From NCBI GenBank assembly GCA_038881595.1, contig JAVZPM010000002.1, positions 32,001 through 96,000 on the forward strand: a stretch of DNA of 64,000 nucleotides, in the 5' to 3' direction. Shown piece after piece: positions 10,031-20,082 of the stretch. Positions within the stretch are counted from its first letter, which is position 1; the number at the start of each line of letters is the position of its first letter. The notes beneath the pieces are model-generated. The model made no database searches. It was not told the origin of the DNA and worked only from the letters and a program-made list of their open reading frames with translations. The translations under genes were made by a program, and so were the position numbers. This stretch comes from Candidatus Micrarchaeia archaeon (GTDB taxonomy: Archaea > Micrarchaeota > Micrarchaeia > CABMEP01).

Positions 10031-11236
10031 TTACTCATATCTTAGTATTTCAGCAGGCTTCATTTTTGCTGCCTGTAGTGCAGGAAGCAATCCGCTCAGG
10101 CTTCCAACTATGAATGAAAATAAAATCGCACCTACTATGATTATCGGTTCAAACGTTATATATATAGAAATGTTATATGTAATAGCAATTTTCTCTACTA
10201 GATATGCAATAGTTATTCCAACAACAGTTCCAATCACCCCACCAACTAATCCCAATATCCCTGATTCTATCAAAAATATCATCATTATGTCTCTATTTCT
10301 TGCACCAACCGCCTTCATTATTCCTATTTCTCTTGTTCTCTCTAAAACAGATGTATACATTGTATTCATTATTCCAATTCCACCAACAATAAGTGATATC
10401 GCAGCTATTCCGATAACTATAATCTGCACAAGGCCGATTATTCTTAATGCTACTCCTCTCATTTGTTCTGAAGTCATCACAGTAAAAGTTTCTTTTCCTT
10501 TTTCTAAATCCCTCTCCTTTCTCAAGCGTTCTTTTATATTTTCTGCAACCTCTGTGACATTTGCATTTTCTTTTGCTATGGTCAATATAAGCGGATAACC
10601 TTCCTGTTTAAATACATCCATAAATGTATCTTTTGTAATATATATTCTTCTATCAAATCCAGGATTACCTATCTTTGATACCACACCTATAACTGTAAAA
10701 TCTTTTCCATTTATCTTTAACTTATCCCCAACCTTAATCGGTTTTTCAAATACCTCTGTTGTTGAAAAGTCATATCCAACCATCACTTTATATGCATCGT
10801 TGCTTTTTAATTCTCTTCCAGAGGTCATTTGCACTCCCATAAAATCATAGATATTGATTTCGTTTGGATCAAAACCAGCGATTATAAAATAATAGGGCTT
10901 ATCTTTATACTTCGCTTCAGAGATAGTTAGCATTATTCCAACAGCCTTTTCAACTCCATTTACTCTTTGAATTGCAGATATATCTCTATCATTAAGACGG
11001 TCTGATGTTCCTATTGCACCTAAAACACCAAAAGAACTTTTTCCAGCGTAAATTGATATTTTATTAGTTCCAAGAATATCGAATTGTTGATTTATCGCAT
11101 TTTGTAATCCCTGTCCTAATGAAACGAGTGCAACTACCGCAGCTATACCTATAAATATTCCTATAATTGTAAGCCAAGAACGAGTTGGTTTATGTTTGAA
11201 CGTGCGCATTGCAAGGTCAAAATATTGACGCAACAT
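10031..11236 (-). CDS. ABC permease, MacB/FtsX family (paralogue 1)
   Basis: Same architecture and motifs as 8813..10021. Confidence 0.93.
   Translation of the reverse strand: MLRQYFDLAMRTFKHKPTRSWLTIIGIFIGIAAVVALVSLGQGLQNAINQQFDILGTNKISIYAGKSSFGVLGAIGTSDRLNDRDISAIQRVNGVEKAVGIMLTISEAKYKDKPYYFIIAGFDPNEINIYDFMGVQMTSGRELKSNDAYKVMVGYDFSTTEVFEKPIKVGDKLKINGKDFTVIGVVSKIGNPGFDRRIYITKDTFMDVFKQEGYPLILTIAKENANVTEVAENIKERLRKERDLEKGKETFTVMTSEQMRGVALRIIGLVQIIVIGIAAISLIVGGIGIMNTMYTSVLERTREIGIMKAVGARNRDIMMIFLIESGILGLVGGVIGTVVGITIAYLVEKIAITYNISIYITFEPIIIVGAILFSFIVGSLSGLLPALQAAKMKPAEILRYE
10215..10426. repeat. 212-bp direct repeat, copy 2
   Basis: Identical by eye to 8994..9205. Confidence 0.9.
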
Positions 11237-11295
11237 AATTACATTTATATGGGAAAATATTTAAAACGGTATAAAATAAGAATAGAATTATTTTT

Positions 11296-12219
11296 TTATT
11301 CTTTCAATTCCTGCAAGTATTTTTCAACATCCATAGCAGCCTTGCATCCATCTCCAGCTGCTACGATTGCTTGTTTGTATCTTTTATCAGCAACATCACC
11401 CGCAACAAAAACACCTTTGATGCTAGTCTCACTGTTTTCTTTCTTGATTATATATCCATTCTCATCAATTTCTATCTGTCCTTTAAATAAACTAGTTGCC
11501 GGCGAGTGACCAATTGCAACAAATACTCCGTCTATGTTCATTTCTTTTTCTTCCCCAGTTTTGACATTTTTTATTCTTATTCCTGTTACTTTTTCTTCAC
11601 CAATTATCTCAGTTACTATCGTATCCCATATAAACTTTATTTTTTGGTTTGCAAATGCTCTTTCTTGCATTATTTTGCTTGCCCTTAACTGATCTCTTCT
11701 ATGAATAACAGTAACAGAATTTGCAAATTTTGTTAAGAACATAGCATCTTCTAATGCAGTATCTCCCCCTCCAATTACTGCAACATCTTTTCCTTTAAAG
11801 AAAAATCCATCACATGTTGCACAACCGGACACACCTTTTCCTATCAGCTTTGATTCGCCAGGAACTCCAAGCCATTTTGCAGTCGCACCAGTTGCAATAA
11901 TTACTGCTTTTGATTTTAATTCTTTTGTTTCTGTTCTAATCGTAAATGGTCTATTTCTAAAGTCTACGCTTACAACCTCTTCGTCTATAAATCTAGTTTC
12001 GAATTTCTCAGCCTGTTTTCTCATATTGTCCATTAACTCAGGTCCCATTATTCCATCTGGAAATCCAGGATAGTTTTCTACTAATGTAGTCTGACTTATC
12101 TGTCCTCCAGGTTGCATACCTGATATCACTATAGGTTTAAGTTCCGCTCTTGCTGCGTATATTGCAGCTGTCAATCCAGCAGGTCCAGATCCGATAATTA
12201 TAACATTTTCAATTTCCAT
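11296..12219 (-). CDS. trxB: Thioredoxin reductase
   Basis: GSGPAGLTAA, CATCDG, GGGDTALE and AGDV. Confidence 0.97.
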   Translation of the reverse strand: MEIENVIIIGSGPAGLTAAIYAARAELKPIVISGMQPGGQISQTTLVENYPGFPDGIMGPELMDNMRKQAEKFETRFIDEEVVSVDFRNRPFTIRTETKELKSKAVIIATGATAKWLGVPGESKLIGKGVSGCATCDGFFFKGKDVAVIGGGDTALEDAMFLTKFANSVTVIHRRDQLRASKIMQERAFANQKIKFIWDTIVTEIIGEEKVTGIRIKNVKTGEEKEMNIDGVFVAIGHSPATSLFKGQIEIDENGYIIKKENSETSIKGVFVAGDVADKRYKQAIVAAGDGCKAAMDVEKYLQELKE

Positions 12220-12324
12220 GTAATCACCTAAATAATATATCTAAATAAATTCATGAACTTTTCTATTGATTATTAATATGTTTAAAATAATTGCTGTTTA
12301 ATATATTTTATTTTAAGTGATTTT

Positions 12325-13008
12325 ATGGTAAAAAGAACAAATTATCTTTTACTTATAAACTTTAAAGCATATGAGTCTTCTATCGGAAAGGCTGCAGTTA
12401 AGCTTGCAAAAAAAATAGAAAGTGCAGCTAAAGAATCAGAAGTTGGAGTAGATATAGGAATCGCGGTTCAGCCTTCTGATATATTTAGATTTTCTGATAT
12501 CGATTTGCCTGTTTTTTCTCAGCATATAGATCCAGTAGAGTATGGGGCCAATACGGGTCACATTCTTCCTGAAGCGATTTTTGAAGCAGGAGCAGTGGGC
12601 TCTTTGATCAATCATTCAGAAAAACCACTTGCATTAGATGTGATTGATAAAACGATAAAAAGAGCAAAAGAAACTGATCTGATTCAGGTGGTATGCGCAA
12701 GCACTCCTAAAATGGCCGCTGCAATCGCTTCTATGGATCCTGATTTTATTGCGATTGAACCTCCAGAACTAATTGGTGGAGAGATTTCAGTTTCAAAAGC
12801 AAATCCAGATATAATTACAGATACTATAAATTCAGTTCATGATGTAAATGAAAAAACCCCAGTTCTTTGTGGTGCTGGAGTTAAAGATTCTGAGGATGTA
12901 AGAATAGCAATTGAGCTTGGTGCAAGAGGGATACTCGTTGCCAGTGGAGTGACAAAAGCGAGTGATCCAAAAAGAGCAACACTTGAATTACTAAAAGGAT
13001 TTAAATAA
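12325..13008 (+). CDS. tpiA: Triosephosphate isomerase, archaeal type
   Basis: NFKAY, QHID, INHSE, IEPPELIG and LVASG. Confidence 0.95.
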   Translation: MVKRTNYLLLINFKAYESSIGKAAVKLAKKIESAAKESEVGVDIGIAVQPSDIFRFSDIDLPVFSQHIDPVEYGANTGHILPEAIFEAGAVGSLINHSEKPLALDVIDKTIKRAKETDLIQVVCASTPKMAAAIASMDPDFIAIEPPELIGGEISVSKANPDIITDTINSVHDVNEKTPVLCGAGVKDSEDVRIAIELGARGILVASGVTKASDPKRATLELLKGFK

Positions 13009-13045
13009 ATAATATTTTATTATAAAAGGTATAAAAGGTGGTCAA

Positions 13046-13270
13046 ATGGTTGATTTGAACCCAATCGAGGACAAGATTCTAAAAGCTCTCATAGATTTGG
13101 GAGCAACATCTGAAGAGAAAATGAAGACAGCAGACCATGTTATGAAAAAGACTAACCTGGCCAAAGGAATTGTAGGAAATGGATTGACATCTCTAGTTAA
13201 TAAAGGCCTTGTAAAACGTGTTGCAAGAGAAAAGGCATCAGGATATTACGTATTAAAGCCAAAGATTTGA
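13046..13270 (+). CDS. Small winged-helix DNA-binding protein
   Basis: 74-aa basic protein ending L..LVNKGLVKR...GYY (wHTH wing); GGTGG RBS. Confidence 0.65.
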   Translation: MVDLNPIEDKILKALIDLGATSEEKMKTADHVMKKTNLAKGIVGNGLTSLVNKGLVKRVAREKASGYYVLKPKI

Positions 13271-13290
13271 GTAATAAAGGATGTGAGATT

Positions 13291-13740
13291 ATGGATGAAG
13301 AAGAAATTTCTTTTTTTGCAAAATACAAAGATTGGGTTGTAATAAAGAAGAAACAGATAGATGATAAAACAGAGGATAAAGAAATACTTGCAATTCTCGC
13401 TTCGATTAATTCCACAACAGCAAGAAAGGCTTATGACTTTGCCCCAATAGATAAGGCTGTAATTGATAAATATGTTGCAGAAATTACAAAAGGCAAAAGA
13501 AAGGGTTTAAACAATCTTGCAGAAATATTTGGTTCATTAAAACAGAATGAATTAAAGGAGAAATTAATTTCAGCATGTAAAGATAAAGATGAAACTTTCT
13601 ATCCATTTGCAGAGACATATTTCATTAATTCAATCCTTAAAGCATTGAATTATTCTCCCTTTATAGATTCGGAAGTAGTCCAAGAAGTTTATCCAGATAT
13701 GAAAATGCCGAAACCTAGGGGTAGAGTGCCTAAAAAATAG
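13291..13740 (+). CDS. Conserved archaeal protein, DUF2666-like
   Basis: F.AKY.DW...KK N-terminus and YP..K.PKPRGR C-terminus; start moved to the ATG at 13291. Confidence 0.6.
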   Translation: MDEEEISFFAKYKDWVVIKKKQIDDKTEDKEILAILASINSTTARKAYDFAPIDKAVIDKYVAEITKGKRKGLNNLAEIFGSLKQNELKEKLISACKDKDETFYPFAETYFINSILKALNYSPFIDSEVVQEVYPDMKMPKPRGRVPKK

Positions 13741-13742
13741 AG

Positions 13743-14066
13743 GTGATAAAAATTAAGTACATTCAAATTTTTGTTTCATGTAAAAACAAAAAAGAAGCAC
13801 TTGAACTAAGTAATTTACTTTTAAAAGAAAAATTAGCAGCCTGCGTACAATTATTACCAATAAAAAGTTTATATCTTTGGAATGGAAAGATTGAAAAGGC
13901 AAATGAATATTTATGTCTAATAAAGACGATTAATACTAAATTTGAAAATTTAGTTTTAAAAATTAAAAAACATCATTCATATAAAATACCAGAAATATTA
14001 GTAATGAATATAAAAGATGGAAATAAAGATTATTTCAAGTGGATTGAAAGAGAACTTAAGAGTTAA
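13743..14066 (+). CDS. cutA: Divalent cation tolerance protein CutA
   Basis: KLAACVQ, SLYLWNGKIE and HSYKIPEI. Confidence 0.92.
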   Translation: MIKIKYIQIFVSCKNKKEALELSNLLLKEKLAACVQLLPIKSLYLWNGKIEKANEYLCLIKTINTKFENLVLKIKKHHSYKIPEILVMNIKDGNKDYFKWIERELKS

Positions 14067-14108
14067 TATTTTATTTATTGGTCAATAATTATATATAAGT
14101 GAATACAT

Positions 14109-17100
14109 ATGAAAAATAATTTATCTTTAAATTGTGTTAAACATTTGTCGGCTTCATTAATTAGCATTATTTTTTTCGTTTTAACATTATCAGTAGGTCT
14201 TTTATTTGCAGCGGAATGTGGAGGTACCAATTGTAGCTGTAATGATGAAGTAATTGAAAATTCAGTGCTTACACAAGATCTTTATTGTTATGGAACTGCA
14301 TTAGTAATAGGAAGAGATGGAGTGACTTTAGATTGTAACGGCCATACTGTTTTTTCACAGAGTCCTGTTGATTCAGTTATTGGTGCCGGTAACGTTAGTG
14401 GGATTGCAATAAAAAATTGTATTATTTCTGGTTTAGATGCGCAATATGGAATTAAATTTTTTGGTGTAAGAAATAGTGCTATTGAAAATACTATAATATT
14501 TAATGTTGGAGATGGTATTTCTATATTAAATTATCTTGATGTCAATTCCTCGAATATTCAAATATTAAATAGTGAAATCTATAATGTTGATGACGGAATT
14601 ATTTTACTAGGAAGTTCACATTTTATTAAAAATATAAGAGTTTACAATAATAGCGGTATAGGCATCATTTCTTATGCAAACAATTCAATTATAGAAAATA
14701 TAACTGCATATAATAATAATATAGGTATTACAGCTCAATATTCAACTGTAAGGGATGTTAATTCTACGAAAAATGTAGATGGTTTGAATCTCTATTATAG
14801 TTTAGCTTCAAATATTATAACAACAAATAATACATTTTGTGGTTTGGAAACTGAGGGTTCAATAATTTTATCAATAAATTCTTCTGGGAATAAAGATGGC
14901 TTGTGTCTATATTCAAATAACTCGATTTATAATGGAAAGAGTATTGACAATCATAGATATGGTGTTTATGTTCAAAATGAAAATAATACTTTGGTAAATT
15001 TAGAAACGAAAAACAACTTTTATGGTGTTTATGTAGATCGATACGGTTCTAATTCTAAATTTGTTAATATTACAACGGTATCTAACAGTCAGGAAAATTT
15101 TGTTTCAAAAGCTAATTATACTAACATTTCTTATTTATATTCATATAATAATAGCGGAGGATACGGAATATATTTAGATTCTAGTTACAATGAAATTTCA
15201 AATTCTATATTTTCTAATAATTATATAGGTGTTTATTCATCCGAAAATACAAGAAATAATGTACTAAAAAATATAAGTTCTATTAATAATAATATTGGTG
15301 TAATGTTGGATTCTTCAAATAATAATCTACTTTTAGAAATAAACGCTTCAAATAATTTCGGAACCGGAATTTTAATTCAAAGAAGCAGGTATAATACTCT
15401 TTCTAACAATATAATGAATAATAACATTTATAATTTAATAGTTGATGGTTATGAAGAAACACAAAGTATAGATATTACTAATAGGGTCGATGGAAAAAAA
15501 GTATACTGGTTGAAAAATGTACAAAATCAAATTTATGATTCTAATTCGGATATAGGTATATTTGCTTGCTTTAATTGTACTAATATAACAGTGAAAGATT
15601 CCAATTTAAGTAAAAATGGTTTTGGTATTTTGTTTAAAAATGTAACAAATTCATTGATAAAAAACATAACTTTATCATCTTTTGACTTTACAAACAAAAT
15701 ATATAAGGATTTGATAATATTAAATGAAACTAGAAATGTAATAATAAGGGAATGTAAATTTTACGATTCCGTTGCAGGTTTACAATTAGTAATATATGGA
15801 GGAGAAAATAATCTTATATTCAATAATCTGTTTAATACTTCAGTTTATGATCCCGCAGTATCTGTCGATTCAACTAATTTTTGGAATAGTAGTTATAATT
15901 GTTCAGGTGAAAGAAATATTATTGGTGGAAATTGCATAGGTGGAAACTTTTGGGGCGGAGAATACGGCCATTCAATTTTTTGTCAAGATTCTAATAATGA
16001 TGGAATATGCGATACTCCTTATTACATAAGTTCTCAAAATATCGATTTTCTACCTATTACTTTCGGAGGTACAGTTTCACAGTCGCCTTATATAAATTTA
16101 ATATCTCCGGGGGATGAACAAATTATAAATAGCAATTCTGTTAACTTTACATTTATTGCTACAGATGATGATAGTTCTATTTTGAATTGTTCAATTTATT
16201 TAAATGGTTTACCAGTTTCCTCTAATAATCAGGTATTAAATAATACTCTTACTACAATTCAAGTTTTTAATCTGTCAAACGGTCAATATCAATGGTACAT
16301 TTCCTGTTTTGATAATTTAAATAATTTGGGTAATTCTGAAACAAGATACTTTAATATATCTGTTTTTTCACCAGTTTGCAGTAATTCAATATGTGAATCA
16401 GGAGAAAACTACTTGAATTGTCCTTCTGATTGTCAACCTTATTGTGGTGATTCAATTTGTAGTTATCCGGAAAACTGTAGTAACTGTCAGACAGATTGTG
16501 GAATATGCAATTATACAGACTGTCCTACAGAAAATCCAATAAGATGCGGTACTTCTTGTTGTCCATCAGGAACAACTTCATGTGATGGTAATGCCTGTTG
16601 TGTTGCTAGAGTTGGAGGTTTATGTTGTGGTAATACTCAATATCCTTGTTATGTTAATGGATCTCCATGGTGTTGTAATTGTCCTCCAAATCACTTAAAC
16701 TGTTTTGGTACATGTGTAAATATTTTGACTTCTAATTCGCACTGTGGTACTTGTGGGAGAGTGTGTCCATCAGGAACTACATGTATAAATGGTAATTGTG
16801 TATCACAAATTTTCTGTGGAAATGGAATATGTGAATCAGGGGAATCCTGTAGTTCTTGTCCTCAAGATTGCGGATCCTGCCCATCATCAGAATGCAGAAC
16901 TGGTGAAATTAGATGTGCAGGTAACTGCATAAATCCATTAACAGATCCTTCTAACTGTGGAGGATGCGGTAAAACTTGTTATACAGGACAAATTTGTTCA
17001 AATGGTACCTGTATATGTCCATTTGGATTATCATTATGTAATTCTCAATGTGTAAATACTCTTTATAACCCATCTCACTGTGGAGGATGTGGCATTTCGT

Positions 17101-18959
17101 GTCCATCTGGAATATGTATAGATGGTAAATGTATTGGTTCTTGCTCTGAAGGTTATGTTTTATTAAACGGTTCATGTATCAAACAAGCAGAATGTTCGAT
17201 CTTTACGATACCCTGCGGTCAATCTTGTTGTCCTATAAGTCAAAAATGTAATACAGAAACATTAACTTGTGAATTTAGTCCTTGTAAGAACGGTTTAATC
17301 CAATGTGATCAATATTGTATAAATCCTTTAATAGATCCATTTAATTGCGGATCATGTAATAACAGATGTCCATTAGATAGTTATTGCTCAAACGGTCAAT
17401 GTGTTAAATTAAGTACTTTAATCACATGTGAAGAAGGTAAAATTAATTGTAATGGGTTCTGTACTGATATATCTTCAGATTCTTTCAATTGTGGTGGCTG
17501 TGGAATAACATGTAATATAATATCAGAACAATGTATATCGGGAGTCTGTGTTCCTAAAACAGTTTGTGGATTTGGACAAACTGCTTGTGGACCAAACTGT
17601 TGTGCACCAGGTCAAGCATGCATATTGAATACATGTACACCTACTTTCTGTAATGAAAATCAAATTCAATGTGGCTCGTTATGTATAGACGCATCATCAG
17701 ATCCAAATAATTGTGGAAGGTGTGGATTTAGATGCAACTCTGATCAAAAATGTACAGATGGCAAATGTGTGCCTATAAACTGCGGAAATGGAATATGTGA
17801 TGGAAATGAAGATAATATATTATGTCCTCAAGATTGTAAAGAATGTATTTATCCAGAAGAACATTGCAATGGTAGATGTGTCAATTTACAAACAGATAAA
17901 TCCAATTGCGGTTCATGTAATAATAAATGTGATTTAGATTGGATTTGTATAAATGGAACATGTAAAGGTGTACTTAATTCTAGATGTACATCAGATATAG
18001 ATTGTGAATTTGGAAGCTGTGTAAATGGGACATGTAGATTTATTAATTGCATCACAGATTCTGATTGCAGATCTAATGAATACTGTAATACAAACTTAGG
18101 AGTGTGTGAAGGAGGATGTACCATTTCACCAGATAATTGCAATGAAATAACAGGTGTCCCAAGCAGTTGCGATCCAGCAACAAGAAATTGTATTGCATTC
18201 TCTTGTCCAGCAGGAACAGTCTTACTTAACAATACATGTCTACAGATTACATTAGATTCCTGTAACCAAAGCCAAGAATGCAAGAGCAATATATGTTATA
18301 ATGGAAACTGTTTATCCACAGACAACCCTATTCAACCAACTCAAACAGTTGTCAATGTAGGTAAACCTACTTTCGGAAGCTCAGTAGGAGGAAAGGCATC
18401 TCCTCAGCTTTTATTAGTGCAGGAAAATCCTGCTGCATCTGATATATTTTATTCATTGTTCCAAACCTCAAAGACAAGACTATTGGCTTACGATAGCTGC
18501 CTTAGAGGTTCTATATGCTCATCATCAGCTGACTGCTGCGGAGCTCCATGCCTGGATTCAAGATGCGCATGCTCTAATTCAGCATGCACAACCACAGCTG
18601 ATTGCTGTTCAGGATATTGTGAAAATGGAAAGTGTAGCTCTGCACCTACACAGAAACTATCCTTATTCAGTGCATTAACCAGTCCTAACCTTGGATGTGC
18701 AGGTTTGATAGAGGAATGCTCACCAGATGAAAAGACATGCATCTCATTATGCAACGGAATGTCACTTCTTCTTGTCTTAGTTGCAGGATCATTCGGTGCA
18801 TTCACCTGGACTAGATTTAAGCATCCAGTTGCAGGATTGGTAGCGGCATTCACTCCAATATTGATTGGAGTTGCATTATATCCGTTCCTTGGAATTATTT
18901 CAGGAATAATATTATTCAGCTTGCTGATATACAAAGATACTGGAAGTATTGAAGTATGA
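14109..18959 (+). CDS. Giant surface protein: signal peptide, NosD/pectin-lyase-like beta-helix, Ig-like domain, long Cys-rich repeat region, C-terminal TM anchor
   Basis: Asn-rich N-x-x-G-I repeats, GGNFW...D.NNDGICD, seven C-x3-C-x8-9-CGxC repeats, hydrophobic C-terminus. Confidence 0.85.
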   Translation: MKNNLSLNCVKHLSASLISIIFFVLTLSVGLLFAAECGGTNCSCNDEVIENSVLTQDLYCYGTALVIGRDGVTLDCNGHTVFSQSPVDSVIGAGNVSGIAIKNCIISGLDAQYGIKFFGVRNSAIENTIIFNVGDGISILNYLDVNSSNIQILNSEIYNVDDGIILLGSSHFIKNIRVYNNSGIGIISYANNSIIENITAYNNNIGITAQYSTVRDVNSTKNVDGLNLYYSLASNIITTNNTFCGLETEGSIILSINSSGNKDGLCLYSNNSIYNGKSIDNHRYGVYVQNENNTLVNLETKNNFYGVYVDRYGSNSKFVNITTVSNSQENFVSKANYTNISYLYSYNNSGGYGIYLDSSYNEISNSIFSNNYIGVYSSENTRNNVLKNISSINNNIGVMLDSSNNNLLLEINASNNFGTGILIQRSRYNTLSNNIMNNNIYNLIVDGYEETQSIDITNRVDGKKVYWLKNVQNQIYDSNSDIGIFACFNCTNITVKDSNLSKNGFGILFKNVTNSLIKNITLSSFDFTNKIYKDLIILNETRNVIIRECKFYDSVAGLQLVIYGGENNLIFNNLFNTSVYDPAVSVDSTNFWNSSYNCSGERNIIGGNCIGGNFWGGEYGHSIFCQDSNNDGICDTPYYISSQNIDFLPITFGGTVSQSPYINLISPGDEQIINSNSVNFTFIATDDDSSILNCSIYLNGLPVSSNNQVLNNTLTTIQVFNLSNGQYQWYISCFDNLNNLGNSETRYFNISVFSPVCSNSICESGENYLNCPSDCQPYCGDSICSYPENCSNCQTDCGICNYTDCPTENPIRCGTSCCPSGTTSCDGNACCVARVGGLCCGNTQYPCYVNGSPWCCNCPPNHLNCFGTCVNILTSNSHCGTCGRVCPSGTTCINGNCVSQIFCGNGICESGESCSSCPQDCGSCPSSECRTGEIRCAGNCINPLTDPSNCGGCGKTCYTGQICSNGTCICPFGLSLCNSQCVNTLYNPSHCGGCGISCPSGICIDGKCIGSCSEGYVLLNGSCIKQAECSIFTIPCGQSCCPISQKCNTETLTCEFSPCKNGLIQCDQYCINPLIDPFNCGSCNNRCPLDSYCSNGQCVKLSTLITCEEGKINCNGFCTDISSDSFNCGGCGITCNIISEQCISGVCVPKTVCGFGQTACGPNCCAPGQACILNTCTPTFCNENQIQCGSLCIDASSDPNNCGRCGFRCNSDQKCTDGKCVPINCGNGICDGNEDNILCPQDCKECIYPEEHCNGRCVNLQTDKSNCGSCNNKCDLDWICINGTCKGVLNSRCTSDIDCEFGSCVNGTCRFINCITDSDCRSNEYCNTNLGVCEGGCTISPDNCNEITGVPSSCDPATRNCIAFSCPAGTVLLNNTCLQITLDSCNQSQECKSNICYNGNCLSTDNPIQPTQTVVNVGKPTFGSSVGGKASPQLLLVQENPAASDIFYSLFQTSKTRLLAYDSCLRGSICSSSADCCGAPCLDSRCACSNSACTTTADCCSGYCENGKCSSAPTQKLSLFSALTSPNLGCAGLIEECSPDEKTCISLCNGMSLLLVLVAGSFGAFTWTRFKHPVAGLVAAFTPILIGVALYPFLGIISGIILFSLLIYKDTGSIEV

Positions 18960-19056
18960 TTTTTTATTTTTAATTATCAAATTTTAGGTCACCGTTAAAA
19001 ATGATCTTAACTAAGAAGTTTATCGGTATATATTCTATTTAGATTTTTTAGAATTC

Positions 19057-19088
19057 TATTTTCTCATCATAGGATTTCTACAAAGCTC
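19057..19088 (+). repeat. Orphan copy of the IS right end
   Basis: 19057-19086 matches 20047-20076 at 28 of 30 nt. Confidence 0.8.
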
Positions 19089-19096
19089 CCTAAAGA

Positions 19097-20077
19097 GGCT
19101 CTGTAGAAATCCTCTTAAATTATTATAAGTATAAACTCTTGGCGACCACGCCAAGAGGTATACGATGTCTAAGAGGCAGAATAAACTTAAAAAGCTTATC
19201 ATATTAGGCTTCCAGTTAGTAAAGCAGAGAGGAATCTCAAGGTATTCCTCCAAATTTTCCAAGAAAACATTTACTCAGCATCAATTCCTAGTGATGGGAA
19301 TATTAAAGACAGAATTAAAAATGAATTACAGAGACTTTAGAGATTGGTTAGAATTTTCAACCGAAGCAGTGTATCTCCTTAAATTAAAGAAGATACCTCA
19401 TTTCACTACATTGCAGAAATTTCTACAGAGATTTGATCCTGTAGTATTTGATATTCTTATTTCATCCATCTTTTCACAGATTGTAAGAAATAAACTGATA
19501 GATATTGCAGTGGATAGCAGCGGCTTTACTTCTTCCTACTCCAGTAAGTATTATGTAATGAGAATCAACAGAGAAACTACTTATCGGAATTTCATGAAGA
19601 CATCCATCTTGGTAGATCCTAAGACTAAAGCCTTAATCGCAGTGAAATGCAGAAAAGGTCCTGCTCATGACACAAAGGATTTCATTCCTCTTCTAAGAAA
19701 AGCAAATAGAAATATTAAACAAAGAATAAGGAACGTGATTGCAGATAAAGCCTATGATTCCTCCAAAAATTTCTACTTCATAGAGAAGGAACTGCATGCA
19801 AATGCAGTTATTCCATTAAGATATTATAGAACTAGAAGGGCAGGAAGGCATACAATTAGAAAACATAGACCATTAGATCCTGATAAAACAGTTTATGGAA
19901 GAAGGAATATGGCTGAAACTGTCTTTTCTGCAATCAAGAGAAAGTTTGGTGGAGATCTGCAAAGCAGACTCATCGAGGTAAAGAAGAAGGAAATTAAGAT
20001 GAAAGCACTTGTCTACAATCTATGTATTCTAATGACGAAGAAATCTTATTTTATCTTCATAGGATTTCTACAAAGCC
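19097..20077 (+). mobile_element. IS5-family insertion sequence, about 981 bp, with 17-bp TIRs and an 8-bp target duplication CCTAAAGA
   Basis: IRL GGCTCTGTAGAAATCCT (19097-19113) and IRR AGGATTTCTACAAAGCC (20061-20077) differ by one mismatch; CCTAAAGA at 19089-96 and 20078-85. Confidence 0.9.
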
Positions 20078-20082
20078 CCTAA
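19165..20082 (+). CDS. IS5-family DDE transposase
   Basis: PHFTTL, AVDSSGF, ADKAYDS and YGRRNMAETVFSAIKRKFG (Y-x2-R-x3-E-x6-K). Confidence 0.93.
   Translation: MSKRQNKLKKLIILGFQLVKQRGISRYSSKFSKKTFTQHQFLVMGILKTELKMNYRDFRDWLEFSTEAVYLLKLKKIPHFTTLQKFLQRFDPVVFDILISSIFSQIVRNKLIDIAVDSSGFTSSYSSKYYVMRINRETTYRNFMKTSILVDPKTKALIAVKCRKGPAHDTKDFIPLLRKANRNIKQRIRNVIADKAYDSSKNFYFIEKELHANAVIPLRYYRTRRAGRHTIRKHRPLDPDKTVYGRRNMAETVFSAIKRKFGGDLQSRLIEVKKKEIKMKALVYNLCILMTKKSYFIFIGFLQSP

Noticed and set aside
8994..10426. DGR template/variable repeat pair
   Set aside because: The copies are identical with no adenine-specific mismatches, both are coding, and no reverse transcriptase is in the window.
10008..10598. 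Paired antisense ORFs with identical peptides (8955..9230, 10008..10598)
   Set aside because: They are a by-product of the 212-bp repeat in the permease genes.
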